This document shows positions 23,329 through 35,500 of a stretch of DNA of 64,000 nt, in pieces. The translations under genes were made by a program, and so were the position numbers. This DNA comes from Neophaeotheca triangularis (taxonomy: Eukaryota), in contig BAAIJX010000035.1 in assembly GCA_054600435.1 (NCBI GenBank), forward strand, positions 124,001-188,000, read 5' to 3'. The first letter of the stretch is position 1; each line of letters starts with the position of its first letter. The notes under the pieces were generated by a model, which made no database searches, was not told the origin of the DNA, and saw only the letters and a list, made by a program, of their open reading frames with translations.

Positions 23329-25458
23329 ACCGAAGTCAACAGCCTTCCGAAGGCATACCGGACACGAATACGCTGTAGCTCGGTCTCCAGAAGTATTTCC
23401 GTATCGGTCGTTTGATCTGATTGTCGAACGAAATCCTTCTCATCTGTCACAATCTGCGCCAAGGCGTTCTTGAGACCTGGCACGCAGTCGGCATGCCTGA
23501 CTACCGGCATGTCAATCTGAACTGATCTCGCTTCTGCCTTGTTGATGCACGAGCGTTTGAGGCAGGCATTCTAGCGTTCTACCTGCCGGTACTTGAATTT
23601 TGTGACGTCTCACCTCGTGGGAATCGGGATTGTACGGTACTTTCCAATTGCAAGCTAGCTATCAAACACCAATTACTGGCACTGCGGAAACATCCAGCAG
23701 CATACAGTGATATGAATTCGACCATTCATAGCCGAGGGGACAGGGGGGAAGGGAAAGCCATCTATCTATGACTGTAGGCGAGCGTTGAAGCCGGTCCTGT
23801 ACAGTTCAACAATGTTGCGTTGCACTGCTGCGGCATGGGATCTGACCGCCTCCGCGAAGCCTCCCCAGAGCCCTAGCAAAAACATTCCCCGTTCAGGACG
23901 GCTCGCCAGTTGTTACCGACATTCGCCTGCCGTGTCTCGAGTACTCCTGCCAGAACGTATCGTATCCACCAAAGCGGACACATCAGACGCCGGGCTCGTG
24001 GAACGTAACGCGTATTAGAGCCTCGAAGCCGCTGCGCACGCACAAAGGCTAGAAGCGCAAGGACTGGGCCGCCAGAAGCGAGCAAGGGGATGATGGCGGA
24101 TCGTTGCGCTGTCGGCTAATGCGAGTAATCAGGAGCTCCGCATGGGCATCTGAGCTGTTCGACTTTCGCATGTCATCTTACTCGACATGGGGTTGGGCTG
24201 CACGATGTGTCGTCTTTCCCGTTCCCAAGGACCTGGCTCGCACGGTTGTGGGGAGACGGTACTAATGTACGCGTTTGTTGGCAGCTGTTGTGATTGTGCT
24301 GGTCCCGGACGGTAGGTAACTTGTTCGCAATTGACAAATCTGCGTTTGGTGCTCGGTGCGAGCTGGAAGCTCGACTGCCAGCCACGAGATTCAAACGGAG
24401 GCGATCCAAGGCTGCCTGTCAATGGTTGGCATTGCTGGCCTCGATGTACTATTAATGATGTGTTGTTCCTCGAAAATGGGCAGCCGGTCGCGCGCTGCTA
24501 CTTGCCGGTCCGGTTCCCTCGCTTGGTCTGCAAGTGCAGGGATTGAGGATTTGATCGCCACCTGCAGCAGCTCACATCAGTCAGTATTGGCATCTATCAC
24601 TTTTTGGCAAAGCGGGGGGGCTCTTGATTGAATCTTGATACTATACACGCCATTGACCCATTGACTTTACACAATTGATACGCCGATCAAGCGAACATTG
24701 GCACTCATGTTTGTTAGACTCGTCGCTTCGAGTTTGGCCGTTCAGGGAGCGAGGGCTGCGCGAGTGTCAAACGGCTACACGACGGTCAACGCATCTTCCG
24801 AGGCCTTGAAGCTGCGAAGCATGGATTCAACGCCAACGCTCACGGCAAGCTGCTTGTTCACCGCACATAGCTCGAAAAGTGGACAAGCTCTTCGTGTCTG
24901 CCGCTCGACTGACTCTGGTGAGAATCTACGACGCTTTCGACGTTGTGACCTGCATTGGCCTCTCTCAAGGCGAAGCGGACCCTTCCTCCCGTCCCATTCC
25001 AGATGTTATGGATAAACTTCAGGTCCGTTGCAACCGGCAATGCTTTCCCGATACTCGACTATTGCTCCATCTGCTGTGTGTGACCGACTGAGATTAGACA
25101 GTGGTTAAGTGCATACGTCGCCAACAGCGTCCCCGTGCATCTGGCACTGTGTAGGTCCCAAGTGGGATACCCTGCTTCTCACGCAGCTCTTCCGTTAGTG
25201 AGTGTAGCGCGCATACTTGCAGTACGAGGGCACACAGCTTCGAGCCGGAATGGTGCCAGGCGCGCATTCTCGAAACCATAAAGTCAGCGGCCACACCCCG
25301 TTTTGAAGAACTCCATCTCTCGCTTCTTGATCAACAGAACCTATAGCTGCACTCAGCCCATGCACGCTCACTACCACACTGTCATTTACGGAATTCACAC
25401 CTGAACCCAGACCCTCCAACAGCACACCAGCTCTGATCGTTCTCCAAGCAACATCGCA

Positions 25459-25734
25459 ATGGCCTACAATGTGCACCGTTTCGCGACCCTTGAGAGGCTC
25501 GGTATCGAGCAGCTACCGGCCCTGGTCCCCGACCCTGAGTTCGAATTCTTCAGCACAGCATTAGCCATCCGCGAGAGACCAGTAAGCTGCTTCGTCCGTT
25601 TCGTTGCCTTTTCAGTTCGCTGACCGCGTCAACAGGTACCTGGTAAACGCTGTCCACAATGCGCCGCACGAGGCCAAACGATATGGGTCATCCCAGGCAA
25701 GCGATGCCCTCAATGCCGCGCCGAGGTGAATTGA
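25459..25734 (+). CDS. Small (73 aa) double-CxxC zinc-ribbon-like protein; intron 25582-25635
   Basis: ATG in GCAATGG context; intron GTAAGC...GCTGAC...CAG; exon 2 encodes VPGKRCPQCAARGQTIWVIPGKRCPQCRAEVN*. Confidence 0.75.
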
Positions 25735-27209
25735 GCCTTCAGCACGGTACGTAAAAGCATTCTCCCGCCGATCGACCATGGGATATTGACAAGCATACCA
25801 GCGATCGTTTCTAGAATGGCATGGAGTGTACACAGGCGTCAAGAACAAGCGCTTTCAGTACACTGGCGTAATGGCGCGTGGGCTTCCCGAACTGCTTTGG
25901 AGGGATAGGCGTTGACGGTTGAAGACTAGAGAAAAGTTCGGGCATCTCAAGGAGGGAGGATATTCTGCATCGAGCTACTTCAGCACGCACACGTATGCTT
26001 ACATAGAGTCTGTACCATAGTTCCACAAAGGCGTTTCGTCAGCATTGCACCAAGTAGAGTGTACCCAATCAGCACGAGCTCGCGTTTCTGGCACAAAATG
26101 GCTGCTTTCACGGTGACCTCGTCCCTCCCGAGAAGAGTAAAAAGTAGCCCAAGTTGACAAGTTTGCGACGTATCAGACGAAGGCGGAGCTGCAACCCCAG
26201 AGCGCCTGGGGCAGAAAGCTGACCATTTAGAGACACGGACCGCCACACCTTTTCATCGCCATGGCGTGTACCTGCATGAGGATCTGATCAGGTGACTGAG
26301 GGGTTCCAGGCATTACATTTGCTGTCTGATCATATTCCAATGCTGAGCAGTTGAGGCTGAGGTACCGAGTGAGCAGACGGCACGAGCGAGGACCATTGCA
26401 GCGGAAGACGTGTCATTTCACGGGATGCGCTTGCGAGACGATATAACCGCAGATTTCACGGTGGTAGTCTCTTTGACAAGCTGGAGCGGGCAATCCACTC
26501 CTCCCACTGTCCACCTGAGCTTCTGTATCCAGGTATGCGGTCGGCAGCTCGTTGATGTGACCTCTCATGGCTCCAACAAGACCAGAATAATCGAGAGGTC
26601 CGTATCCCAATTCGCACTGAAGCCTACCTAGATAGCGTAGATGAGACCTTATTATTGGGCCCATCTGATATCAGCGAGGTAAGAATGCGATGAGCCTACC
26701 TAGGTAAGTACAGCATAGTTTTGAGCTTTCCACAACCTCAGAGGTTTGAGAGTCCATCTGGAGCACGTGACACGTGACACGTCTAAACGCGCAACTATCT
26801 TATCGCAGCGCGCCTTGCTTGAGTTTCGCCTCTCTTCACTTTCATCACACCTCAGCCGTGGACCGTGGTCTGCCGGCAGGATCGATTGTGGAAAGCAGCA
26901 ACAGGACCAGTGGGCCTTGTGTTGCCACCATCATCACTTACGGCCATCGAACACGATCGAATTCAACGTCGCTTTTTTCTGGCTATCTGCTGGCCTCCAT
27001 GATGATCGCGATCACAGCATCAAGGCATCATCAACACCAAACCCCCTTGACTCGAGCTTTTGCTGTGACATCACATGGGATCATGGCTACATAATAAACT
27101 TGAGATGGAGGAGATGGAACACACTACTAAGGTAAAGTAGATGTTTCCTAGTTCCAGACGACCTGCATTTATCTGTCCTTAAAATCTCAATCTTTCTCTG
27201 ATCATAACT

Positions 27210-27937
27210 ATGTCTTCTTTCTTCCGCACAACAGCTCGCGCTTCCCGCCAACTCTCATCTCGTCTCAACACGCAAACATCAACGCCTTCCAGACCCGCTT
27301 CCAGGCACTTCCACACCACTTCCGTCAACATGGTGCAGCCAGGCAACCCCGCATCCGAGGCCATCTCCGAGACCGCAAAGCAGGAGGGCGGCCCAGAAAA
27401 GGGCAGCAACGCAGCCCAGATGCAGTCGCAAGTCGGCAGGGAGAGGAACTTTGAGCAGGCCGCAGAGGAGATCGGCCGCAAGATGGCGACTAATCCCGGA
27501 GCCGTGACGAAAGAGGTGAGCATCCCTTCTTGCCCACAGTCTCACCCCCCAACGCATTTACTAACAGAATCAAGGACGCCGACTATCTCAAATCCCGCGA
27601 GGCGCGCGCCGAAGGGGTAGCCCAACCCGGCAAAGACTCTCTGGCAGCAGAGGCCCAAAGAATCGTCGCCGCCAACGAGAAGGGCGAGACACCTGCCGTT
27701 CGTCCCCTCGACCCAACAGAGCAGTCTGCTCTCGACCGCGCCCGAAACTTCGAGCAGAACGCCGAGCACGTCGCCCAGAAGATGGCCACGGACCCCGAAC
27801 ACGTTACCAAGAACGAGGGCGACTTGCTGCACAGCCGCGAGCAGAGGGCGTTTGGCGAGACTACAAAGGGGGGCATCGCGAGCCAGGCGCAGTCGCTCGG
27901 GCAGCAAAATGCCAAGGAGGGCAATGTCAAGGAATAG
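27210..27937 (+). CDS. SMP (seed maturation protein)/LEA-like stress protein with a putative mitochondrial presequence; intron 27516-27574
   Basis: GGPEKGSNAAQMQSQV plus two repeats of RNFEQ..KMATxPxxVTK..xSRExRA; intron GTGAGC...CTAAC...AAG. Confidence 0.8.
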
Positions 27938-28431
27938 AGGAGACGTGGTGTTAGGAAGAAAGCACAAAGCACGTAGGGAGCGAACGAAAAGAAAATCCAG
28001 TTTGTCTTGAGCGATGAGATACAGCGCAGCATCTTATAGGCAACGTCTCAAGGCGTCTTGTAAATATAGTGTACCATCATTTGTTAAACAACTGTGCATC
28101 AGAGTGCTGTCTAAGTGAATGTGTGCTGGCTTTCAAGGGCCTGTGTGTAACGACGTCAAGCTCTTGAGCTTTCAGCCCATTGTATAGCACAGCATCCACC
28201 CCAGCAGGATGCCGCAGACGAATGTTGTGGCCAAGCACCAGCACAAGGATGGGACCGCAATACCGTCCCTCACTGCGACTGATGCAGGCTGGTCACTGCC
28301 GTCCGTCGACTTCCGTTGTGCAGTCTCCTCGAATGTTGCTACGCCTCCAACTCCGTAACCTCCCGTGGGTATCATGTGTTGGGTATAGCCACCCTTTGCT
28401 GTTCAAAGTTAGCCAGAGTAATTCTCCCTCT

Positions 28432-29565
28432 TTAAACATCCTCAAACTCCATGCCACCATCGTCGTCATCGTCGTCATCTTCATCCATCTCATCGCCAGT
28501 CCCCATATCCTCGTCCTCTGGCTCCGGCTTGACAACCTCATCCTTGACATCCTCGTCCTTCACATCGGCCATGGCGGCGTACTCCGGTTTGAGCTTCCAA
28601 GAGTTGGCCATGTCCCCACTCCTCACCAGCGTAGCGACCTGCTCCAATGCCTCCTTGATATACGCCTCGGGCTGGTTGAGAGTATTTCGCAGCACGCGCA
28701 GCGGCCAGTACTTGTACTGCCTGAAGCACTGGTACAACGCGTCGGTGAGCTCTGTCATTGGCATGCGCACCGCCTTCTCCTTCTGCGCTTTCTTGCTCTT
28801 GCCTTTGACGGGTTTGGCGGTTGAGGTGAAGTTGTCGAAGACGGCGGCGGCTTCGCGGCCCGAATTGGCTTTGCGCTGAATGCCTTGGACGAACTGCGTC
28901 GTGCCTGCTGGGGCGAAAGATTCGGCCATGCGGCGAGCTTCGAATTGGCGCCAGGAATCATCCATCAGCGCTGTGGCGATTGCTTCGTGCTGGATCGGCG
29001 GAGCAAGCGCGACTTGCTTGGGAATGCCGCTGCGGTAGCCGGCCATCGGGCCTTTAGCGCCTGCTTGGTTCTGTCCATAACGCTCGCCCTTTGAGGCGAT
29101 GCCTTTGGGCTTGTTCGTGTGAGCTCGTGCACTGCCGTATTTTTGTGGGCGGTGACCGGGAAGGTCTTTCTCCGAGAAGACGGTGGTATTGTTGTAGCCT
29201 TGGGTATTGAGCTTGAGATTGAAGTTTTTAGGAATGTTTGCGTGCTGTGGCTTGCTAGGGTCGAGGCGAAGTTCGATCTTCTGGTCGAGAGCGTCCTGGC
29301 TGGCATCGTCTGCCTGGTATACGCGCACTTTGCCAATCTCTACCAGGTCGTCTTCGGCCGAGTCCTGCGCCTGGCTCCAAGCTTCCCACAGCCAGTGAGG
29401 TACTTTCACCAGCCAGGATTGCGCGGCGTCTTCGGGTGGGATGTAGAGTTCGGGATCGTCTTCGTAGGGGTCTGTTGGTGCTGTGTTGATACCGTCTTCG
29501 CCTTCGACCTTGATGCCAGGCACGCCGGGTTCTGGCTTGACTGCGCCGTTTGCGGTAGTCGCCAT
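28432..29565 (-). CDS. TFG2: Transcription initiation factor IIF beta subunit (RAP30)
   Basis: WLVKVPxWL N-domain, IPK motifs, C-terminal winged helix LYQCFRQYKYWPLRVL..QPEAYIKEAL..WKLKPEY, and an acidic tail. Confidence 0.92.
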   Translation of the reverse strand: MATTANGAVKPEPGVPGIKVEGEDGINTAPTDPYEDDPELYIPPEDAAQSWLVKVPHWLWEAWSQAQDSAEDDLVEIGKVRVYQADDASQDALDQKIELRLDPSKPQHANIPKNFNLKLNTQGYNNTTVFSEKDLPGHRPQKYGSARAHTNKPKGIASKGERYGQNQAGAKGPMAGYRSGIPKQVALAPPIQHEAIATALMDDSWRQFEARRMAESFAPAGTTQFVQGIQRKANSGREAAAVFDNFTSTAKPVKGKSKKAQKEKAVRMPMTELTDALYQCFRQYKYWPLRVLRNTLNQPEAYIKEALEQVATLVRSGDMANSWKLKPEYAAMADVKDEDVKDEVVKPEPEDEDMGTGDEMDEDDDDDDDGGMEFEDV

Positions 29566-30009
29566 GTTGTTAGACGGTGGCTAAGGGGGAAGAAACGTTC
29601 AGCAAATTGAATCTGGAGCGATCAATCAGAAGATATTGTCGCGCTGCAGACGGGAGATAGTGGAGCAGTGGTGAGTGGGTGAAGTGTGCAAATGGTATGC
29701 GAAGCAAGGGAGACAGGTATTCAGGAATGGAAGTGAAGGCAGCGAGGGCAGGTACTAGCGCCATCACTCCATACTGAGAGGCGGCTCAAGCGGGCCGAGG
29801 CGAGCCTCCATGCGACGCTAGCTCAGGTGGACTGTAGCAGTTAGATCCGGCGATTGCATCACCAAACGCCGACCAGAGCTCTAGCTGCAGCAGGCAACAC
29901 TTCGATACAACCCTGGAGGACCTTATCGTGTTCACCACCCAAGTCAGCTTCGTCCAAGCTACACCATCCGTTTAAGCTGCACCATCCATTTATGCTACCA
30001 AGGAGAGGC

Positions 30010-31251
30010 ATGGCTTCGTCGAAAGTCACCGAGCAGCTCGCTCAGGTCGAGAGCGCCTCGTCCAACCCCCAGCAGCGAGCGGATGCGTACAATGAAGTCC
30101 TCCAGAGCATTGGCACTACGAGTGGTGAAGAGCTATCCACGAACCTCGTTGCGTACGTCTCCAGCATCCTCTCCGAGAATATCGGTGTCATCCATTCTCG
30201 ATCGCTGCTGGCGACCTTTGTGGAACGGTTCAAGCAAATCCAGGACAACGATATCAAGATTGAGGCGGGGAACCAGATCAAGCAAATACTCGCAGACAAG
30301 GTGGTCAGCTTCGAGCAGCAGGATACCGAGCTCAAATTCGCACTGGCAGATGCCTATGAGCAGGACGATGACTTCACAAACTCCGCCAAGACTCTCCAGA
30401 CTATACCTCTGGACTCGTCCCAACGATCTGTGAGCGACGACGAGAAAGCCAAAGTCTGGATGCGCATTTGCAGATGCTATCTGGAAGAGGATGACACCAC
30501 CAATGCTCTCACGTACCTCAATCGCATCAAGCAAGTCATTTTCAGTGTCACAGACCAAGAGACCCGCCTCACATTCCAACTCAGTCAAGCCAGGATCAGT
30601 GATTCCCAGCGAAACTTCCTCGATGCCTCGTCATCTTACCTTGCACTTTCCAACGAGCCAGTAATCGACGAAGAGGAGCGCATGCAGGCCCTCTCAGCAT
30701 CCATAACTTGCGCTGTTTTGGCTCCAGCCGGGCCAATGCGAGGCCGCCAGCTCGGCAAGCTCTACAAAGACGAACGCGCCGTTGACACACCAGAGTACGG
30801 CATTCTTGAGAAAATTTTCCTCGATCGCCTCCTGTCACCGGCGGAGGTACAAGCTTTTGCAGCCAACCTCAAAGAGCACCAGCTAGCCAAGACCTCTGAC
30901 GGTAGCACTGTGCTCGACAAAGCCGTTCTTGAACACAACCTTCTCGCTATTTCTCGATTGTACGCCAACATCGGCACTACGTCCCTGGGCTCTTTACTTG
31001 GTGTCGACGGCGACCGAGCGGAGGCATACGCAGCCGGCATGATCGAATCAAACCGTCTGTCCGGCTCAATTGACCAGATTACCGGGATCATCCACTTCAA
31101 CCGCACATCAGCAGGCCACGACAAATCGGCCATGGACCTACGAGCATGGGACACCAATGTGCAAAACCTGGCAGAAGAGGTGGAGAAGGTGACGACCATG
31201 CTGCAGCGTGAGGAACCAGCGTGGTACGATCGACAAGAAGCGGTTGCTTAA
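30010..31251 (+). CDS. CSN4: COP9 signalosome subunit 4 (PCI domain)
   Basis: VSFEQQ, CAVLAPAGPMR..LYKDER, LEKIFLDRL, DGSTVLDKAVLEHNLLAISRLY, GSIDQI. Confidence 0.93.
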   Translation: MASSKVTEQLAQVESASSNPQQRADAYNEVLQSIGTTSGEELSTNLVAYVSSILSENIGVIHSRSLLATFVERFKQIQDNDIKIEAGNQIKQILADKVVSFEQQDTELKFALADAYEQDDDFTNSAKTLQTIPLDSSQRSVSDDEKAKVWMRICRCYLEEDDTTNALTYLNRIKQVIFSVTDQETRLTFQLSQARISDSQRNFLDASSSYLALSNEPVIDEEERMQALSASITCAVLAPAGPMRGRQLGKLYKDERAVDTPEYGILEKIFLDRLLSPAEVQAFAANLKEHQLAKTSDGSTVLDKAVLEHNLLAISRLYANIGTTSLGSLLGVDGDRAEAYAAGMIESNRLSGSIDQITGIIHFNRTSAGHDKSAMDLRAWDTNVQNLAEEVEKVTTMLQREEPAWYDRQEAVA

Positions 31252-31935
31252 GATGCGCCACGGCCGTCGAGTCTGGCGAGAGGAAATAGCTGGAAGGAGA
31301 CGCTGAGGAAACTCAACACGAATGTGCAACAGTACGGCATTGACGAGCTACGTGATCAAGATATGAGGAAAAGCTCCGGTCGCGCGAGAACACTGAACTC
31401 GCCCAAGTCGCCGCATGCGAAAGGTCGGCATTGACTCGATAGTATGGGGGTGCTTGGAAGGCACAGGCGGGAAAGTAGCAACGACGGGGACCCCATGCAG
31501 CAGTGACCGGCTTGAGGCTGATCATGCCCACGGCTTTAGAGCGGCTCAATACACTGCAGAACCACGCAATATCACGTATTGATCGATGAGGTTGCTGTCA
31601 CGTGGTGAGCCGAGTGGGAAAGGTGGAGCAGTTTATGGTGTTGCGACGACTAGTATGTAGTTCTCGTCACGAGCGCAGTACAAAGCATACCAGCAATGTA
31701 GATCACCCTGCAGCCTGCGCAAGCGAGGCGCTGGCACTGCAGTAGCCACGCAAGTCGGCTGACCTGGACCACAGATGGTCGTGTATAATAAAGAACGGCG
31801 CCGCCTCAGCCGTTCAAAGAACGGTCACGGCAAGCCGTCGTCTCACATCCCGTTCTTCCACCTTGAACAGTCTCCGCTATAAAAACCCCAACCCCAATAC
31901 CCCATCTAGCAACACCACCAAAACCCAAAACAATC

Positions 31936-32283
31936 ATGCCTCTCGACAACAGCAACAGCAGCAAATCCGGCGTCACCAACGCCGTCACAGGCGTCACAGG
32001 CACAGTGCGTAAGCCCATCCACAAGACCCCATGGCACTTTGAGGCCTCCCCGACAAGTCCTGATCCCCCCGTCTAGGTCGGCGCAGCTGTCGGCGGCGTT
32101 TCCAAAACTGTAGGCGGCGTTGTGGGCGCCGCGGGCCGCGGGTTGGGCAGCACGGTGAACAACACCACGGGGACTAAGGCTGTGGGCGATGGATTGAGGG
32201 GTTTGACTGATGGGGTCGAGGATGGGGCTGTGGGGTTGGGCAAGGGAGTGGAGAATGCTAGTGTGGGAAAGAAGGGGTGGTAG
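31936..32283 (+). CDS. Small Gly/Val-rich hydrophilin-like protein (91 aa; intron 32005-32076)
   Basis: TATAAAA at about 31878; CAATCATG start; intron GTGCGT...CTGAT...TAG. Product MPLDNSNSSKSGVTNAVTGVTGT/VGAAVGGVSKTVGGVVGAAGRGLG...VENASVGKKGW. Confidence 0.78.
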
Positions 32284-32575
32284 CTTAGGGGCAAGGGGGA
32301 GGGTTTGAGTCTCGACTGAGGGTGGCGGGTTATCAAAGGGCGCGCGTGATCTGTGGGTTTGGTAAACAGTGGTGGGCAGTCGCGGCGCCTTTGTGCGGTG
32401 AGGGGAGCGAGATTGACGGCGGTTGGTGAGAAAGGAGAGGTGAGTTCGACTGAGAGTGAGTGGTGTTGATTGCAAGGATGTTTACGACTGGTCGCTACCG
32501 AGATAATGCACTGCTTGAACGCTGAAAACCGCTATATGAAAAAAAAGGAGACGCAAGTCTTGGCCCAACCTAACC

Positions 32576-35500
32576 TCACCCTTGCAGTCCGTCCTCCCAA
32601 CCACCGGCCTCTTCCAACCATCCCCTGACCCTCCCCTTGCATTCTTCGATGCCCTCGCCAAGAGCTTCCCGCCACTGCCTCTCGACTTCTCCCACCTTCT
32701 CCTTCAAATCTCTCGTGAGATATCCATCTCTTTCACGCCGCGCGACCTCCATCTCCCGCCGCGACTCTCCCTCCTCCGCCGTCCCTCGCCCCCCTTTCTG
32801 CAGGTCTTGCAACCGTAAGTTAGCCGACGAAGCAGCCGTGCGCACTTCATGCAGCAAGCACAGCAGATTGGTTTGCGATTCGATAAACTGGTAAGCCGAA
32901 GTCTCTGCGTGCGAGAGCACAGTGTAGAGATACTGCAGTGGAAAAGCAGAGTAAGCAGGGTTCTCCGAGTACTCCTGCGGTGGAACGTCGAGGTCGAAAT
33001 CCGCAGAGTCCATGGGAACCTGCTGGATGACTTCCATCAAGCCGGGAGCAATATCCCAAAATGCGGAAAGTTGGTCCTCGACACCGCGGCTGACGTTCTC
33101 GTCCACGCACTGTTGAAGCTGCTGGTACCGCTTTTGGGCGTCCTTGGCGTAGTTCAGGTGGCGGTCGCGGCTGTCTTTGGAGAAAAAGGCCGTCGCTTCG
33201 TCGATTTTGGCTTGCGCTTTCATGACGCGGTATGGCGTGAGGATGACTTGGGAATATTTTTCGCTGCGGTTGGCGTGAAGTTCGAACATTTCCTTGTGAA
33301 GCTGCTCACGGGCTTCGAAGAGCCATTTAAGGAGGGTGAGTTTCTCAAGTCGCTCCGGTTGCGCGTCGCCTTCTTCTTGCGTCGTGTTGGGGTTAGAGGA
33401 CTCGTTGTGGATGTCGAGCTCGGCTTGGAGCTGCTGAATGGCCGTGTCTGCTTTCTGGATGCGCTCAGACAAGAGTGCATTCAAAGGCTGCGCCACACTT
33501 GTCTCAAACATGTCGAACCTAGATCGTGCTTCTGCTTTACCGCGCTCACTTTCTTCCGTGTCAAATTCTGCCTCGGCTCGCGCGGCATCAGCATACGACA
33601 TGGTACCTTCAGCGATTAGCTTCTGGATGTTCTTGCGCATCTTGATTTTGCGTTCCTTTGCCGCTTCTTGGTACTGTTGTTGGCTGGTCCAGTCTTGATC
33701 GACGTACGCATCTTTTATACGTTGAATGTCCTGTCGATCCACCAGCAAGCGATGAGCATTACGCAGATCGGTGAGGGTGGGGTGGCTGTTGCTGAGCGCT
33801 GGATGATGTCTTGGGTATGGCGGTGGAAGTGTCACTAGCCGCGAAACGTCAAGCATCTCTAGACCAGGCGTACTCGTTCGAGCCTGATCGTAGCGATGTG
33901 GAGTTGCCATGGGTGTATCGTAGTCTGATCTTTCATGCAACCCTGTTTTCTCGGGTGGGTACTCGTCTGGACCGTAGCCGTGCGCTTCCGAGCTCGCTCC
34001 TGGTGTAAGCGTGTGGCGATGCAAATCAGCCGTGGATGTATGGGGCGAGTCTCGAATGTTAGCAACCGAGACTCCCATATACTTCGTCTCGCGTCGCGTT
34101 TTCTCCATCCGTTCGGCCTTCCCTATCGAGCTTGAGCCCGATTTACTGCCTTCCCACCACCTACTCTGAGTCCGGCCTCGTGAGCTGTCGTCGTCTGCTG
34201 CGTCGCCAGAAGGCACAGTGCTGACCGCCATGCTCGGAATTGGAGACAGAGAAGGCTTGAACTGCTCGCCCCAATTACGTGACTCGGCTGCCTTTTCCGT
34301 GCTCTCTGTCCTGTCAAAGCTCGAAGCAACATCAGTAGCAGGAGTGGAAGCACCGATTGACGAGGCCGAACTTGGGGCATGAGCCTGCGCTGACGAAGGG
34401 TGCCCATCGGAAGCCGAGGAAGGGATTGTTTGATCAAACGACGACATTGAAGTGCTCGGTGTGACCGCACGCCGACTCGCACGGGAGTAAGACCGCCACA
34501 TATCACGGGTCAAATCGACAACTTCGCCTGCCATTGCGTTGTACGCAGACGTGTAGCGATCTCGTCTCAGTCTAGACTCGTGAACGATGAAGTTCGCAAA
34601 CGATTCCAGCCTCTCTTCGTCGGACGCTGCAGCGGCCTCTTTTTCGACGAACATACGGTGACGCTCAATTGCCTGGAGTGCAAATGCGTCTAGTCTCATA
34701 GGCGCCTTCGCGGTATTGCTGGCGGCCGACAAAGGCCTCGACGGGCTTAGAGGAGCAGGCATCGTGGAGTCGTCGTTCGGCGCGTGCAGAATATGTGAGA
34801 TTGGACGGTCGCTCGAAGCAGAACTGGGAATCTGAAGAGGTCGCTTTCGGCTAACAACGTTCTCTGGCGGCTTTATAGCTGGAGTATATGGCGGCGTCAT
34901 GACCGTGGCTTGAGCTGATTGCTGTGTTTGCTTCCGAGCCGCCGGCTTATGCGTGTCCCATTGGAGTCCCTCGATTGCTGTCACAGGGTCCTGAGGAGAT
35001 GTCCGAGCTTCGGTATATCGGGAGGCAACCCGTGTATGCTCGCGCCGACGATTCAACGTACCACTCGACGGAGTAAGTACCAGGTCAGAGGGACGGGAGT
35101 CCTCATCAATACCAACTTCTCTAGCTGCTCTGCTCTTCGACCTTCTTTCCCGGATACCCTGTGAGCTACTAGGGTCACGCCTAGCTGGCCGCCTTTCTAG
35201 CGCAGGATCGTGATTCATGCCCGTCTCGATGCGCAGAGGTTGCTCGACCGCGATTGATTGCCGGGGCACCTCCACAGATTGCCGACCCTGCTGGAGGTCT
35301 TCATCTACCCAGTCAGCGGGTGTTGGTGGCACCGCACCAAGCGCATTGATCATGGTGGCTCGCACGCGGGGTCTGGGATGTTCTAAAGCCTCGTAGCCCG
35401 CGCTGTCAGAGAGGGACGAAGTGGCGGGGTATCGATTTAAGCTTTGAGAGCGAGCACCTGCCGGCGGTGGACCGGGAGGCGGCGGCGGTAGTGGCATACC

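Noticed and set aside
23217..23570. Minus-strand ORF overlapping the PLC last exon
   Set aside because: No recognisable motif or supported gene structure.
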